Assembly (NCBI GenBank): GCA_002336845.1
Contig: DDEX01000035.1
Coordinates: forward strand, 2,474 to 66,473
Reading direction: 5' to 3'
Length of the DNA stretch: 64,000 nt
Origin: Rhodobacteraceae bacterium UBA1943
GTDB lineage: Bacteria > Pseudomonadota > Alphaproteobacteria > Rhodobacterales > Rhodobacteraceae
The notes below the pieces were generated by a model that was not told the origin of the DNA, ran no database searches, and saw only the letters and a program-made list of their open reading frames with translations. The translations under genes were made by a program, and so were the position numbers. Below are positions 19,991-30,063 of this stretch, piece by piece; positions within the stretch are counted from its first letter, which is position 1; each line of letters opens with the position of its first letter.

Positions 19991-20006
19991 GTAACTAACC
20001 AGTTAT
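19991..20006. promoter_or_regulatory. Island operator copy c: GTAACTAACCAGTTAT (TTAA-flanked)
   Basis: Lies in the divergent gap between the CoA-transferase (start 19962, minus) and the AKR (20098, plus). Reverse complement reads ATAACTGGTTAGTTACTTAA. Confidence 0.55.
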
Positions 20007-20097
20007 AAAGATAGCGAAGGTCGCCACCTAAGATCAAGCCTCAAATGTGCGGCCGCCGGATCGAGTTGCAAGGACTTGGGCAGAAGGAGCGCCACCT

Positions 20098-20916
20098 ATG
20101 AACATCACCTTCCAGAAGACACACCAGCGCGTGTTCGGGACGTTTCCCCTCCGGGGGGATGTGCTGCGCCAGGCGGTTCGCGATGCGGTCGAAGTCGGCT
20201 ATCGCGCGTTCGATACCGCGCAGATGTACCAGAACGAGGCTGACACGGGCCTTGCTTTGGCTGACTGCGGCCTATCACGCGGAGAGCTGTGCATCACCAC
20301 GAAAGTTGGGATCGAGAATTTCACCAAGGCGACCTTCATGCCATCGGTCGAGCGGTCGCTGAGGGACCTGCGGGTCGATCATGTGGACATCCTTCTGCTG
20401 CACTGGCCAAACCCCGGCGGGGATATCCGGGAGTCGCTAGAACTCTTGCAACAGGCAAAGGATTGCGGCCTTGCCAGGCACATTGGGGTGTCGAACTACA
20501 CTGCCGCGATGATGACCTTTGCCCGGACGGTCGTGTCGGACCCGCTGGTGACAAACCAGGTGGAGTTCCACCCGCTGCTGGATCAGACCAAGCTTTTGAA
20601 GGCAGCGAACGACACCGGCATTCCCCTGGCTGCCTATTCCTCGGTCGCACGCGGCGAGGTGTTCAAGTATCCGCTCTTTGCCGAGATCGGCGCAGGCTAT
20701 GGCAAGTCGGCAGGACAGATCGTGCTGCGCTGGATCCTGCAGAAAGGTGTGCAGGTGAACTGCATGTCAACGAAGGCAGAGAATATCCGCGCGAACTTTG
20801 ACATCATGGACTTCACCCTGTCTTCGATCGACATGGCACGGATCGACGCGATGACCGCCACGAACTATCGGATTGTCGGCAAGAACCTTGTCCCCTATGC
20901 TCCCGACTTCGACTGA
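20098..20916 (+). CDS. Aldo/keto reductase (2,5-diketo-D-gluconate reductase-like)
   Basis: Start at ATG 20098 with SD GAAGGAG. Motifs AFDTAQMYQNE, LLHWP and GVSNY are typical of the DkgA/B subfamily. Confidence 0.85.
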   Translation: MNITFQKTHQRVFGTFPLRGDVLRQAVRDAVEVGYRAFDTAQMYQNEADTGLALADCGLSRGELCITTKVGIENFTKATFMPSVERSLRDLRVDHVDILLLHWPNPGGDIRESLELLQQAKDCGLARHIGVSNYTAAMMTFARTVVSDPLVTNQVEFHPLLDQTKLLKAANDTGIPLAAYSSVARGEVFKYPLFAEIGAGYGKSAGQIVLRWILQKGVQVNCMSTKAENIRANFDIMDFTLSSIDMARIDAMTATNYRIVGKNLVPYAPDFD

Positions 20917-20925
20917 AATGAAACA

Positions 20926-20949
20926 GGGGCGGTCCTTGCGGGCCGCCCC
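20926..20949. terminator. Bidirectional GC-rich hairpin between convergent AKR and GMC genes
   Basis: GGGGCGGTCC ttgc GGGCCGCCCC: 10-bp stem with one G-U pair, located 10 nt after the AKR stop. Confidence 0.55.
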
Positions 20950-20975
20950 AGGTCGCGCATCGGCCGGGAGGTGGC

Positions 20976-22577
20976 CTAGCGGTTGCCGCGGATCAGATCA
21001 GCGGCCCGCTCGCCGATCATGATCGACGGCGCATTGGTGTTGGATCCGACCAGTGAGGGCATGACCGAGCTGTCACAGATGCGCAGCCCGTCAACGCCGC
21101 GGACGCGCAACTGCGGATCGACCACAGCCATGTCATCCTTACCCATACGGCAGGTGCTGACAGGGTGATACGAGGTGCGGCCGTACTGGCGGGCATAGGC
21201 CTCTAGATCGGCCTGGGTCCGCACATTTGCATCGGGAAAGCGGACTTCCTTGATGTATTTCCGCAGGGACGGCTGACTGAAAATCTCGCGGCTTATCTTG
21301 ATGCCTTGTGTTGACATCCGCAGGTCATCGGGGTCACCCAGGAAATTCGGGTCGATGATCGGCGTCGCCACCGGATCGGCGCTGCGCAAGGTGACCGATC
21401 CGCGCGCTTTGGGGCGCAGGGTGTAGCTGTTCAGCGTGATGCCGGAAGAGCCTTTGCGCACCGAAGGAACGCCCGCCTCGGCCCCCGCGCCGCAGAGGAA
21501 ATGGAACTGGAGGTCAGGGCAGGGTGCCGACCCGGCGCCGCCCGAATACCAGAACGCCCCACCTTCGACCACGTTCGACGTGACGGGGCCGGAATTGAAC
21601 AGGAAATACTGGGCGCCCGCCCAGGCTGCCCAAAGCGGTTTGTTGTATTTGTCCAGGCTGTCGTGGCCTTTCAACTCGGCCACGATGTCTATGCCGAAAT
21701 GGTCGGTCAGGTTCTGACCGACACCCGGAAGGTCTTGGACAACAGTGATACCGTGGCTTTTCAAATGCGCGGCCGGGCCGATGCCTGACAGCATCATCAG
21801 CTTTGGGCTGCCAATGGCACCTGAGGTCACGATCACCTCGGACCCGGCGCGGACCGTGATGGGCGCGCCGCCAGTGGAATATTCGACACCGACAGCCCGA
21901 CCCTTCTCGATCACCAGCCGCCGTACCAGGGCGCTGGTGATAAGGGTCAGGTTCGACCGCTTCAACGCTGGCCGAAGATAGCCAACGGCAGCCGAACAAC
22001 GCCGGTTGCCGCGGATGGTGGTCTGATAGATGCCCGCCCCTTCCTGATGTGGACCGTTGAAGTCGGGATTGTAGGGTATTCCGTATTCCTGGCAGCTTTG
22101 CACGAAGGCGCGGCTCGTCGCGTTCGGGTCGGGCAGGTTCGACACGCCCAAGGGGCCGTCGGTGCCATGCCAGTCACCGGACAGGAGTGTATTGCCCTCG
22201 GACCGCAGAAAGTACTTCCGGATATCGTTGAAGCCCCATCCCTCGGCCCCTTCCTCGACCCAGCGGTCGTAGTCAGACGGATGGCCGCGGGTAAAGATCT
22301 CGGCATTGATCGAAGAGCCGCCACCCAACACCTTGGCCTGTGCATAGGGGATTTCCCGCATGTTGGCGTGCTTTTGCGGCGCCGTGACCAGCCCCCAGGT
22401 CAAGGGGCCGGTCGTCATCTTGGCAAAGCCCACCGGCATATGGATAAGTGGGTTCTTGTCCGTGCCTCCGGCTTCGATCAGGCAAACCTTGGCCGAGGGG
22501 TCTTCGCTGAGCCGTGCCGCCAGGACGCAGCCGGCAGAGCCACCGCCGACGATTACATAGTCGAAGCCCTGCGTCAT
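20976..22577 (-). CDS. GMC family FAD oxidoreductase (choline/alcohol dehydrogenase-like)
   Basis: Start trimmed to MTQGFDYVIVGGGSAGCVLAARLSED (FAD fold), 1 nt after the ALDH stop. C-terminal GMC signature ..CRMG..VVDPQLRVRGVDGLRICDSSVMP.. Confidence 0.9.
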   Translation of the reverse strand: MTQGFDYVIVGGGSAGCVLAARLSEDPSAKVCLIEAGGTDKNPLIHMPVGFAKMTTGPLTWGLVTAPQKHANMREIPYAQAKVLGGGSSINAEIFTRGHPSDYDRWVEEGAEGWGFNDIRKYFLRSEGNTLLSGDWHGTDGPLGVSNLPDPNATSRAFVQSCQEYGIPYNPDFNGPHQEGAGIYQTTIRGNRRCSAAVGYLRPALKRSNLTLITSALVRRLVIEKGRAVGVEYSTGGAPITVRAGSEVIVTSGAIGSPKLMMLSGIGPAAHLKSHGITVVQDLPGVGQNLTDHFGIDIVAELKGHDSLDKYNKPLWAAWAGAQYFLFNSGPVTSNVVEGGAFWYSGGAGSAPCPDLQFHFLCGAGAEAGVPSVRKGSSGITLNSYTLRPKARGSVTLRSADPVATPIIDPNFLGDPDDLRMSTQGIKISREIFSQPSLRKYIKEVRFPDANVRTQADLEAYARQYGRTSYHPVSTCRMGKDDMAVVDPQLRVRGVDGLRICDSSVMPSLVGSNTNAPSIMIGERAADLIRGNR

Positions 22578-22578
22578 C

Positions 22579-24075
22579 TTACTTGATCCAGTGGTTGCGC
22601 TTGCCAAGCTCGACATGCGCCGATTTGACCTGCGTATACTCTTCGACACCGTAGGTTCCGGCCTCGCGACCCCAGCCGGATTGCTTGAACCCGCCTAGCG
22701 GCATTTCGGGACCGCCCGCCATGATGCAGTTGACCCACATACGCCCGGCGCGGATTCGCCGCGCTGCAGCAAGAGCGGTGTCGATGTTCTTCGACCAGAC
22801 GCTGGCGGCAAGGCCATAGACAGTGTCGTTCGCCAGATGGATCGCCTGCTCGGCAGTGTCGAAGCGGAAGGACGACAGGACCGGCCCGAAGATTTCATCG
22901 GTTGCGATGGCCATCGTGCGCGTGACGCCCGAGAACAGCGTGGGCGCAATGTAGCTGCCTTTGCCAAGATCCATCGCCGCCCCGCCGGTCAGCACCTTCG
23001 CGCCTTCCGCCTTGCCCTTCTCGATATAGGACAGGATCGTCTGGTTCTGCGCGTCCGTGGTGATGGCACCCACTTGCGTCGCCTCGTCCAGAGGGTCGCC
23101 GACGACGATCTTTTTCATTTTAGCGGCAAGGATCGCCTCGAACTCATCAGCGACGCGGGCATCGACGATCAGCCGGCTGGAGGAGACGCAGCATTGCCCG
23201 GTGTTGAAGCTGATCCCGAAGGCAGCGCCATCGGCGGCATCTTCAAGGTCAGCGTCGGCAAAGACGACGATGGGGTTCTTGCCGCCAAGCTCAAGACCCA
23301 GCTTCTTGAAGTTCGAGTCCGCCGCCGCATGGACGACCGACCTGCCGACGGCGGTTGAGCCGGTGAAGGACAGCATGTCCACGTCCGGGTGCTCGGTCAG
23401 GGCTTGGCCGATGCTGCGGCCCGAGCCGGTGACGACATTGTAGATACCCTTGGGCAGACCCGCCTCGGCCAGGATTTCGCCCAGGATCAGGGTGGTGGCG
23501 CTGGTCACTTCGGAGGGCTTCACCACCATCGTGCAGCCGGAGGCGAGAATGAATGGGACACGCTCACACAGGATCAGGAACGGGAAATTCCACGGTGTGA
23601 TGAGACCGACAACACCGACGGGTTCTCGCAAGACCATGCCGAAAAGGTCGTCGCCCAAGGAATTGAAGCTGTCGCCATGCAAAAGGCGCGCGGCCCCGGC
23701 GCCGACTTCGAAGCAGGCGATGCAATGGTCGATCTCTCCCCGGGCCTGGGAGATGGGCTTGCCATTTTCCAGCACTTCCCAATAGGCGATCTCGTCGCGG
23801 CGACGACGCAGGATCTCGGCAGTGCGCAGAAGGACGCCGGCACGTTCAGCCCCGGAGAGACCGGCCCAGCGGCGGTCTTCAAATGCGCGGCGGGCGGCGG
23901 CGACGGCAGCGTTCAGATCGGCGAGGGTGCATTTCGGGATGCGCGTAACGGGCACACCATGGCCAGGAGAGGTGCGTTCGAACAGGTCGCGGCCGCCATG
24001 CCATGCGCCGTCCATCCAGAAACCGAACTCACGCGGGGCGGTGGGAAGGCTGTGTATTGTTGTGCGCTGATCCAT
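22579..24075 (-). CDS. NAD(P)-dependent aldehyde dehydrogenase
   Basis: ELGGKNP and FNTGQCCVSSSR catalytic motifs; 498 aa. Confidence 0.92.
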   Translation of the reverse strand: MDQRTTIHSLPTAPREFGFWMDGAWHGGRDLFERTSPGHGVPVTRIPKCTLADLNAAVAAARRAFEDRRWAGLSGAERAGVLLRTAEILRRRRDEIAYWEVLENGKPISQARGEIDHCIACFEVGAGAARLLHGDSFNSLGDDLFGMVLREPVGVVGLITPWNFPFLILCERVPFILASGCTMVVKPSEVTSATTLILGEILAEAGLPKGIYNVVTGSGRSIGQALTEHPDVDMLSFTGSTAVGRSVVHAAADSNFKKLGLELGGKNPIVVFADADLEDAADGAAFGISFNTGQCCVSSSRLIVDARVADEFEAILAAKMKKIVVGDPLDEATQVGAITTDAQNQTILSYIEKGKAEGAKVLTGGAAMDLGKGSYIAPTLFSGVTRTMAIATDEIFGPVLSSFRFDTAEQAIHLANDTVYGLAASVWSKNIDTALAAARRIRAGRMWVNCIMAGGPEMPLGGFKQSGWGREAGTYGVEEYTQVKSAHVELGKRNHWIK

Positions 24076-24118
24076 TTCGATCCCCCCATAGGATATGCCG
24101 CCCGAAACATGCGATTTT

Positions 24119-24134
24119 GTAACCGAATAGTTAC
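24119..24134. promoter_or_regulatory. Island operator copy d: GTAACCGAATAGTTAC (followed by TTAAG)
   Basis: Palindrome 44 nt upstream of the ALDH start codon, in the 79-nt gap after the ADH gene. Confidence 0.6.
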
Positions 24135-24154
24135 TTAAGTGTCAACCCGGCGCA

Positions 24155-25186
24155 TTAGCCGATCACGATCTGAGTCTTCAGCTCAGCCGGTCGATCCGCC
24201 AGTGTATCGAATGCCACCTGGATCTCTTCCAGTCTGAATGATGCACCGGTAAAGGCCTCTGTCCGGAAGCGGCCATGCGCCAAGAGGGTCAGGGCATCAT
24301 GCATATCCTCGCCCATGCCCGCGACACTGCCCTTCAGGCTGTTTTCCTCAAGCACGGTCCGCAGGATATCGACGGGAACTGTTTCGCCCATGCCCGTGAT
24401 GCCGAAAAAGGCGACATGGCCCCCCTTGCGGATCAGATCGAAGGCCAGAGCGTAGAGCCGGGGAGACCCCACGCTTTCGATCACCAGATCGGCTCCGCGC
24501 CCCTGTGTCCGGGCCATGACCTCGGACTTCAGGGCGAGTGGGTCGCTGATGGCGATATCTGCGCCGGCCTCCAGTGCGATGCGGCAGCGATCCGCGCTGA
24601 GGTCGGCCACAATGATCGGCGCAACACCGCAGAGGCGGAGCATCTGGACATGCAGGTTGCCAATCGGGCCAGCGCCCAGCACCACCGCGGACTGACCGAA
24701 GCCCGCCCGCGCCTTGCGAGCGGCGCGCACGACGCAGGCGACGGGCTCTACCAGCGCCTGCAGTTCGGGCGCCATGCCGTCCGGCACGGGGATCACCAGG
24801 CGGGCTGGGACCGCAACATACTCGGCAAAGGCGCCATCACGCCCGATCCCGACCTGGGTCATCGACGGGCAGTTCAGGATTTCATTGCGACGGCACCAAT
24901 AGCAAGTGCCGCAGCCAATGTTGATGTCGGCCACAACAGCCTGCCCCTTTTTAAGATGGCGGACATCCTCGCCGAAAAGCGCGACCGTGCCGCAGAACTC
25001 GTGCCCCGGAATCAGCGGCAGCCGGTCGGCGGCGTAATGGCCGTTGAAGATGTGCACGTCGGTCCCGCAGATCCCGGTCCGGGTAACGCGGATCAGCGCC
25101 TCGTCCCGGCCGATGGCGGGGATCTCAACATGTTTCAGGGCGAACTTGCGGGGTTCGACCAGAACGGCGGCGAGCATCTTGTCCAT
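24155..25186 (-). CDS. Zn-dependent medium-chain alcohol/polyol dehydrogenase (sorbitol/threonine dehydrogenase-like)
   Basis: GICGTDVH and GHEFCG zinc motifs, structural Zn Cys cluster (CGTCYWC), GAGPIG NAD motif. Confidence 0.9.
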   Translation of the reverse strand: MDKMLAAVLVEPRKFALKHVEIPAIGRDEALIRVTRTGICGTDVHIFNGHYAADRLPLIPGHEFCGTVALFGEDVRHLKKGQAVVADINIGCGTCYWCRRNEILNCPSMTQVGIGRDGAFAEYVAVPARLVIPVPDGMAPELQALVEPVACVVRAARKARAGFGQSAVVLGAGPIGNLHVQMLRLCGVAPIIVADLSADRCRIALEAGADIAISDPLALKSEVMARTQGRGADLVIESVGSPRLYALAFDLIRKGGHVAFFGITGMGETVPVDILRTVLEENSLKGSVAGMGEDMHDALTLLAHGRFRTEAFTGASFRLEEIQVAFDTLADRPAELKTQIVIG

Positions 25187-25187
25187 G

Positions 25188-26129
25188 TCACTTCACGGTG
25201 CGGAGTTTCGAGCGGTCAATCGTCAGGGCGATGGCCACGATAAGGACCAGCCCGAAGACCATTTGCTGCTGGGTGGCCTGCACCCCGAAATACAGCATCG
25301 AGGCGCGGATGACGGCCACGATCATCGTGCCGATGGCGGTGTTGAGCACGCCACCCACCCCGCCGGTCAAGGGCGTGCCGCCTACCAGTACGGCCACGAT
25401 GGCCGGCAGCAGGAAGCCGTTGGCGATGGTCGGCGCACCGCCAGAAAGCTTGACGCTGAAGAGAAGCCCCGCAATGGCCGCCAGCGTACCCGAGATGGCA
25501 AAGGCCAGCATCTTGTAGCGTGTGACGTTCAGTCCCGAGGCCGCTGCGGCCAGTTCCCCTGCGCCCACGGCCTTCAACGCGCGGCCAAGCGTGGTGCGCC
25601 GTTCGATGAAAAGGCAGATCGCAAGCAGCGTCGCAGCGATGAACAACTCGTTCGGAATGATGCCGGTGCGCCCGATCATCCAGCCAAACAGCGCATCCCG
25701 CTGGTTTGCATCCATGTTCAGGGCCCGGTTTCCCGAAAGCCACTGTGCGACCGAAAAGCAAACGCCGCCGACTGCAAGCGTGGAAATGAACGACGGCACG
25801 AAAAGGCGCGTCGTTATGAACCCGGACACCAGGCCCAAAGCGAACCCGAGGACCACACATAGTGCCGCTGCCCAAAGGCCAAGACTGGCCAGATAGACCG
25901 AGGCCACGACCGTGATCATATTGGCCATTGATTGCGCCGACAGGTCGATGCCGCCGATATAGATGGCAAAGGTCAGGCCCAATGCCATGATGAACAGTGG
26001 CACGATATCCCCGGCCAGAGACAGAAGGTTCACCGGCTTCAGAAAGTTCGGATCGTTGATGCCGACAAAGGCCACCAAGACCAGAAGGGTGATCCAGGGG
26101 AAGTGCGGCTTGAGGCGTTGCAGGTCCAT
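25188..26129 (-). CDS. Sugar/polyol ABC transporter permease (RbsC-type)
   Basis: 313-aa multi-pass protein with the pattern typical of the ribose/branched-sugar permease family. Confidence 0.82.
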   Translation of the reverse strand: MDLQRLKPHFPWITLLVLVAFVGINDPNFLKPVNLLSLAGDIVPLFIMALGLTFAIYIGGIDLSAQSMANMITVVASVYLASLGLWAAALCVVLGFALGLVSGFITTRLFVPSFISTLAVGGVCFSVAQWLSGNRALNMDANQRDALFGWMIGRTGIIPNELFIAATLLAICLFIERRTTLGRALKAVGAGELAAAASGLNVTRYKMLAFAISGTLAAIAGLLFSVKLSGGAPTIANGFLLPAIVAVLVGGTPLTGGVGGVLNTAIGTMIVAVIRASMLYFGVQATQQQMVFGLVLIVAIALTIDRSKLRTVK

Positions 26130-26140
26130 CTTCTTCCCCG

Positions 26141-27646
26141 TCAGATCATGTAATGCAGCAGGTCATAGAGCGTGGGCTTTGCCCCTGGCCTGCATTCAAA
26201 GCGCTGCTGTATGGCACCGTCCTTCAGGACGATGATGGTGTGAGAAAGACCGATCGCCTCTTCCAGAGTGTCGGCCACAAGGATCACGCCGACGCCGTCG
26301 TCGGACATGTCGCGGATCATCTCGTAAACGTCTTCCTTGGCCCCGATGTCGAGGCCCCGCGTCGGGTGGTCCAGAAGCATGATGTCAGATCCGCCCGAGC
26401 GCCATTTGGACAAGACGACCTTCTGCTGATTGCCGCCTGACAGGTTGCCGCAATCGGCGTACTCGGAATGGGCCTTGATCGACAGCTTGCCGATCCAGTC
26501 GCGCGCCAGAGCCTTTTCCGCCGCCACGTTCAGAACCCCGGCACGCGAGTAGCGCCCCATCTGCGACAGTGTCATATTCTCGTACACGTTCATGCCCGCG
26601 ACGATGCCTTCGATCTTGCGCTCGCGCGGGACATAGCCGACGCCAGCCGCCACCGCCGCTTGCGGATTGAACCCGCTGACCGCGTTTCCCTTGATCTTCA
26701 GCTTCCCCGAAACCGGGGTGCGCATACCATAGGTCGTTCGCAGGATCGCCTCGCGTCCTGCGCCTTCGGTGCCCACAAGGCACAGCACCTCACCCGCGTG
26801 CAGCTTCAGGCTGATGTCCTTGATCCGGCCGGGAAGCGAGACGCTGTCCATCTCCAGCAGAACCTTCGCGGCATCGTAGGGCTTCTGGCGCTGCTCGCGA
26901 TAATACTCTTGATCGACGCTGCGGCCGACCATCTTTTGCTGGATCTGTTCGGCCGTCGCCGCGCCACGGGCGACGACATCCACGACCGCGCCGTCCTTCA
27001 TCACATAGATTCGGTCGGAAAGCTCCATCACCTCGTCCATACGATGGCTGACGAAAATGAAGGATGCCCGCTTGGTCAGGTCGCGGACGATGGTGAAAAG
27101 CATTTTCACCTCATCCTCGGCCAACACGCTGGTGGGCTCGTCCAGGAGGATCACGAGGTCGCCGTCAACGCGCTCTTCCAGCGTCAGGACCTTGGCGAGT
27201 TCCACGAGTTGCCGCTGCGCAAATGACAGCGCCGAGGTAACGGTTGCCGGGTCGATGTCGAGCTTGACCTTGGCCAGTTGTTTCTTTGCCGCCTCGGACA
27301 TGGCTTTCCAGTTGATGACGCCAAGCCGCACGAACTGCCGCTCGTAGCCGAGGAAGATGTTCTCCATCACCGTCAGGTTCGGGATCAGCGACTGCTCTTG
27401 GAACACCATGCCGATGCCCTTTTCCATCGCCTGGCGGGGGTTCTGGAAGCGGACGGCTTTGCCATCGATTGTAACGGTGCCTCCATCGGGCTGGTAGGCT
27501 CCGTAGATGACCTTCATAAGGGTGGACTTGCCGGCGCCGTTTTCGCCAACAAGGCCGACGATCTCGCCGCGCTTGATCTGGAAATCCACCGCCTTCAGGG
27601 CATGGACACCGGGAAACTTCTTGTCGACTGCCTTCAGTTGATACAT
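26141..27646 (-). CDS. Sugar ABC transporter ATP-binding protein (duplicated ATPase, RbsA-type)
   Basis: Walker A GENGAGKST, Walker B ILLDEPTS, second-half LSGGNQQK and MLLDHPTRGLD; 501 aa. Confidence 0.9.
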   Translation of the reverse strand: MYQLKAVDKKFPGVHALKAVDFQIKRGEIVGLVGENGAGKSTLMKVIYGAYQPDGGTVTIDGKAVRFQNPRQAMEKGIGMVFQEQSLIPNLTVMENIFLGYERQFVRLGVINWKAMSEAAKKQLAKVKLDIDPATVTSALSFAQRQLVELAKVLTLEERVDGDLVILLDEPTSVLAEDEVKMLFTIVRDLTKRASFIFVSHRMDEVMELSDRIYVMKDGAVVDVVARGAATAEQIQQKMVGRSVDQEYYREQRQKPYDAAKVLLEMDSVSLPGRIKDISLKLHAGEVLCLVGTEGAGREAILRTTYGMRTPVSGKLKIKGNAVSGFNPQAAVAAGVGYVPRERKIEGIVAGMNVYENMTLSQMGRYSRAGVLNVAAEKALARDWIGKLSIKAHSEYADCGNLSGGNQQKVVLSKWRSGGSDIMLLDHPTRGLDIGAKEDVYEMIRDMSDDGVGVILVADTLEEAIGLSHTIIVLKDGAIQQRFECRPGAKPTLYDLLHYMI

Positions 27647-27656
27647 GGCAGCGCCC

Positions 27657-28679
27657 TCATTTCACGAAACTTATAGACCGGCGATCCGTTGATAGGACGA
27701 CCGCCACAATCACCAGAAGACCCAGCATGCCGTCCTGCAGGTAGTTCGGGAGGCCGATCACCACCATGCCGTTGTTGATGACATTGACGATCAGCACACC
27801 GACGACCGTGTTCCAAATGCCGCCGATGCCGCCCCACAGCGCTACGCCACCGACCACGACCGAGGTGATGGAAATGAACATGAAGTTCGCGCCTGAAACG
27901 GATTCCGCCTGGCCCAGCTTGGCGACCTGGAGGATGCCCGCGACGGCGTAGAAGACACCTGCCAGAACGAAGCCCATGATACGGACGCGGCGGACGTTAA
28001 GACCCGAGGCATGGGCCAGCTCTTCACCCCCGCCAACGGCATAGAAATTGCGGCCAAGGGTCGTGTGCGACTGAATGAACCACGCAAGCACGGTCATCGC
28101 GGCCACCACATAGACCATCAGCGGGAAGCCCGCGATGCGCCATGTCAGAAGGGCGCGGAACGTGTCGTCATCGATCTTGACGATATCGCCGCCCGTGATC
28201 AGCACGGCAGCCCCTGTTCCGACAAAGCCGATGGCCAAGCTTGCCATGAACGACGGGATGCGCAGCTTAACATGTACAAGCCCGTTCACCAGTCCGATCA
28301 GCGCCCCCACAAGCAGGATGACCGGAATGGCGACCCAGGCACCAGCGGCCAAGGTGCCGCCGGTGGCCAGGAACACAAAGCAGAACAGCACTGCCGTCAG
28401 ACCGACCGTCCCTTCCATGGACAGGTCGATGGAACCCATCACGATGATGAAGGTGACGCCGATGGCAACCATCAGCGCAGGGGAAGCGGCAATCGCGATG
28501 CGGGCGAAATTACGTTGCGACAGGAAAGCCGGATTGATCGCTGTGAATAGGATTATCAGCCCGATCAGCACCAAGAGTGGTGCCCAGCGGATCGCGTTCT
28601 CGCGCGTCATCAATTGTCTCACCCTGTCCTCCCGTAGCGGCGCGCCCCCCTGGATCAGGGGAAGAAAAGGGGTAGCCAT
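27657..28679 (-). CDS. Sugar/polyol ABC transporter permease (second permease)
   Basis: Multi-pass RbsC-type membrane protein. The true start may be the internal MTRENAIRW. Confidence 0.8.
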   Translation of the reverse strand: MATPFLPLIQGGAPLREDRVRQLMTRENAIRWAPLLVLIGLIILFTAINPAFLSQRNFARIAIAASPALMVAIGVTFIIVMGSIDLSMEGTVGLTAVLFCFVFLATGGTLAAGAWVAIPVILLVGALIGLVNGLVHVKLRIPSFMASLAIGFVGTGAAVLITGGDIVKIDDDTFRALLTWRIAGFPLMVYVVAAMTVLAWFIQSHTTLGRNFYAVGGGEELAHASGLNVRRVRIMGFVLAGVFYAVAGILQVAKLGQAESVSGANFMFISITSVVVGGVALWGGIGGIWNTVVGVLIVNVINNGMVVIGLPNYLQDGMLGLLVIVAVVLSTDRRSISFVK

Positions 28680-28707
28680 TAGGAGACCACCCCGATTTCA
28701 GTGAAGC

Positions 28708-29817
28708 TTACTTGTAAACGATCCCACCATTCGATGGGCTCCAGAAGTCGGCCCAATCGTAGGTTGGAACGCTGTCGAGATACTTCGCCTTGAACTCCGC
28801 CGCGTCCTTGGCGGTGACAAGGATCGTCGGGCCGTAGAACTCGCGATGCTCATGGGGTTCTTCGGACGGCTTGAAGCTGCCGATGGCGGCGTGATAGGCC
28901 AGCGAAAGCGTGATGCCGCCGCCCCAATGGGGGTTGGTGAACACGGTAGCCAGAAGTTTGCCGTCCATGACCATCTGCACGGCTTCCGGGTTTCCGTCAT
29001 AGGCGACGATCGGCATGCCTTCGATGCCTTCCGCCTTCAGCGCCTCCAACACGCCATAGGCGATGTTGTCGTTGGCGCAGTGGACGCCGGTAATCTGGTC
29101 GCCGTACTTGGTCAGGAAGCTGGCCATCAGTTCGGCGGCCTTGGTGGTGTCCCAGTCGGCGGGTTGGGCATCCAGCAGCGTGATGTCGGGATAGTCCTTC
29201 AGCGCGTTCTTCAGACCGTTCAGACGCTCAATGGCCGGGTTGTTGGCCGCGATTCCGCCAAGGTGAACGACGCCACCCTTGCCACCCATCGCCTCGAACA
29301 GGATGCGGGCGGTTTCCTCGGCGGGCTTTTCGTCCGACCAGGTCATGTGGCTGACCCAGTTGTCGCCGAAGTCCCACGGATGGGCGTCGTCCGTCTTGTT
29401 CCAGATCGTCGAGACGTAGCCGCCAGCGGCCTGGACAGCTTCTGCCACAGGGCGGGCGTTCGGGCTGTCGTTCGCATCGCAGGCGATGGCGCAGGCGCCG
29501 TTGTTCTTGGCCAGGAAGGCCTTGATGTCAGCCAGAGATTTCTCGGACGAACCTTCGTTGATCAGCGAAGTCATTGCATCCTTGGGCTTGCCGATGGATT
29601 CGGTGAAAGCTTCGCCGCCGGAGACGATGGCGTTCCAGTAAGCGCTGGCGCGGTCACGATAGGACCAGGCCAGGGCCGGGTCGGTGGCGGCGCGTGCCAT
29701 GCCGTTGCCGAAGACGCCCGGCATGGCCGCCGTGGTCATCCCGGCCGCTGAGGCCAACAGGAAATTCCGGCGGCTGATGGTTTCGCGCTCGATGAAATCC
29801 TTGATGAACGTGGACAT
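28708..29817 (-). CDS. Periplasmic sugar/polyol-binding protein with Tat-type signal
   Basis: Start trimmed to MSTFIKDFIERETISRRNFLLASAAGMTTAAMPG (twin-arginine motif). Family-1/2 periplasmic binding fold, 369 aa. Confidence 0.82.
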   Translation of the reverse strand: MSTFIKDFIERETISRRNFLLASAAGMTTAAMPGVFGNGMARAATDPALAWSYRDRASAYWNAIVSGGEAFTESIGKPKDAMTSLINEGSSEKSLADIKAFLAKNNGACAIACDANDSPNARPVAEAVQAAGGYVSTIWNKTDDAHPWDFGDNWVSHMTWSDEKPAEETARILFEAMGGKGGVVHLGGIAANNPAIERLNGLKNALKDYPDITLLDAQPADWDTTKAAELMASFLTKYGDQITGVHCANDNIAYGVLEALKAEGIEGMPIVAYDGNPEAVQMVMDGKLLATVFTNPHWGGGITLSLAYHAAIGSFKPSEEPHEHREFYGPTILVTAKDAAEFKAKYLDSVPTYDWADFWSPSNGGIVYK

Positions 29818-29912
29818 TGGTTTCCTCCCTGATTGCCACATCAACGCCACTGTTCCGTGGCCGAGCGATTAGCGTCCGCAGCGGCGTGCCCACGAGCGTA
29901 CAGCTTCGTTAA

Positions 29913-29928
29913 TGCACTAACTGGTTAC
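29913..29928. promoter_or_regulatory. Island operator copy e: TGCACTAACTGGTTAC
   Basis: Lies in the divergent gap between the binding-protein operon (start 29817, minus) and the TetR gene (30064, plus). Flanks AATGCACTA..TGGTTACTT match copy b. Confidence 0.55.
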
Positions 29929-30063
29929 TTGTTATGCCTTGGCCAAGTCAAGAAGTTTGTTCGACCTGACCACCCAAAGAATTTACATTCCGCTTTGACG
30001 AGATCGGCCCCCCGTGTGTAAACATGACGCTAACGCAAACAGCAGGGGCGGACCGGATAGTTC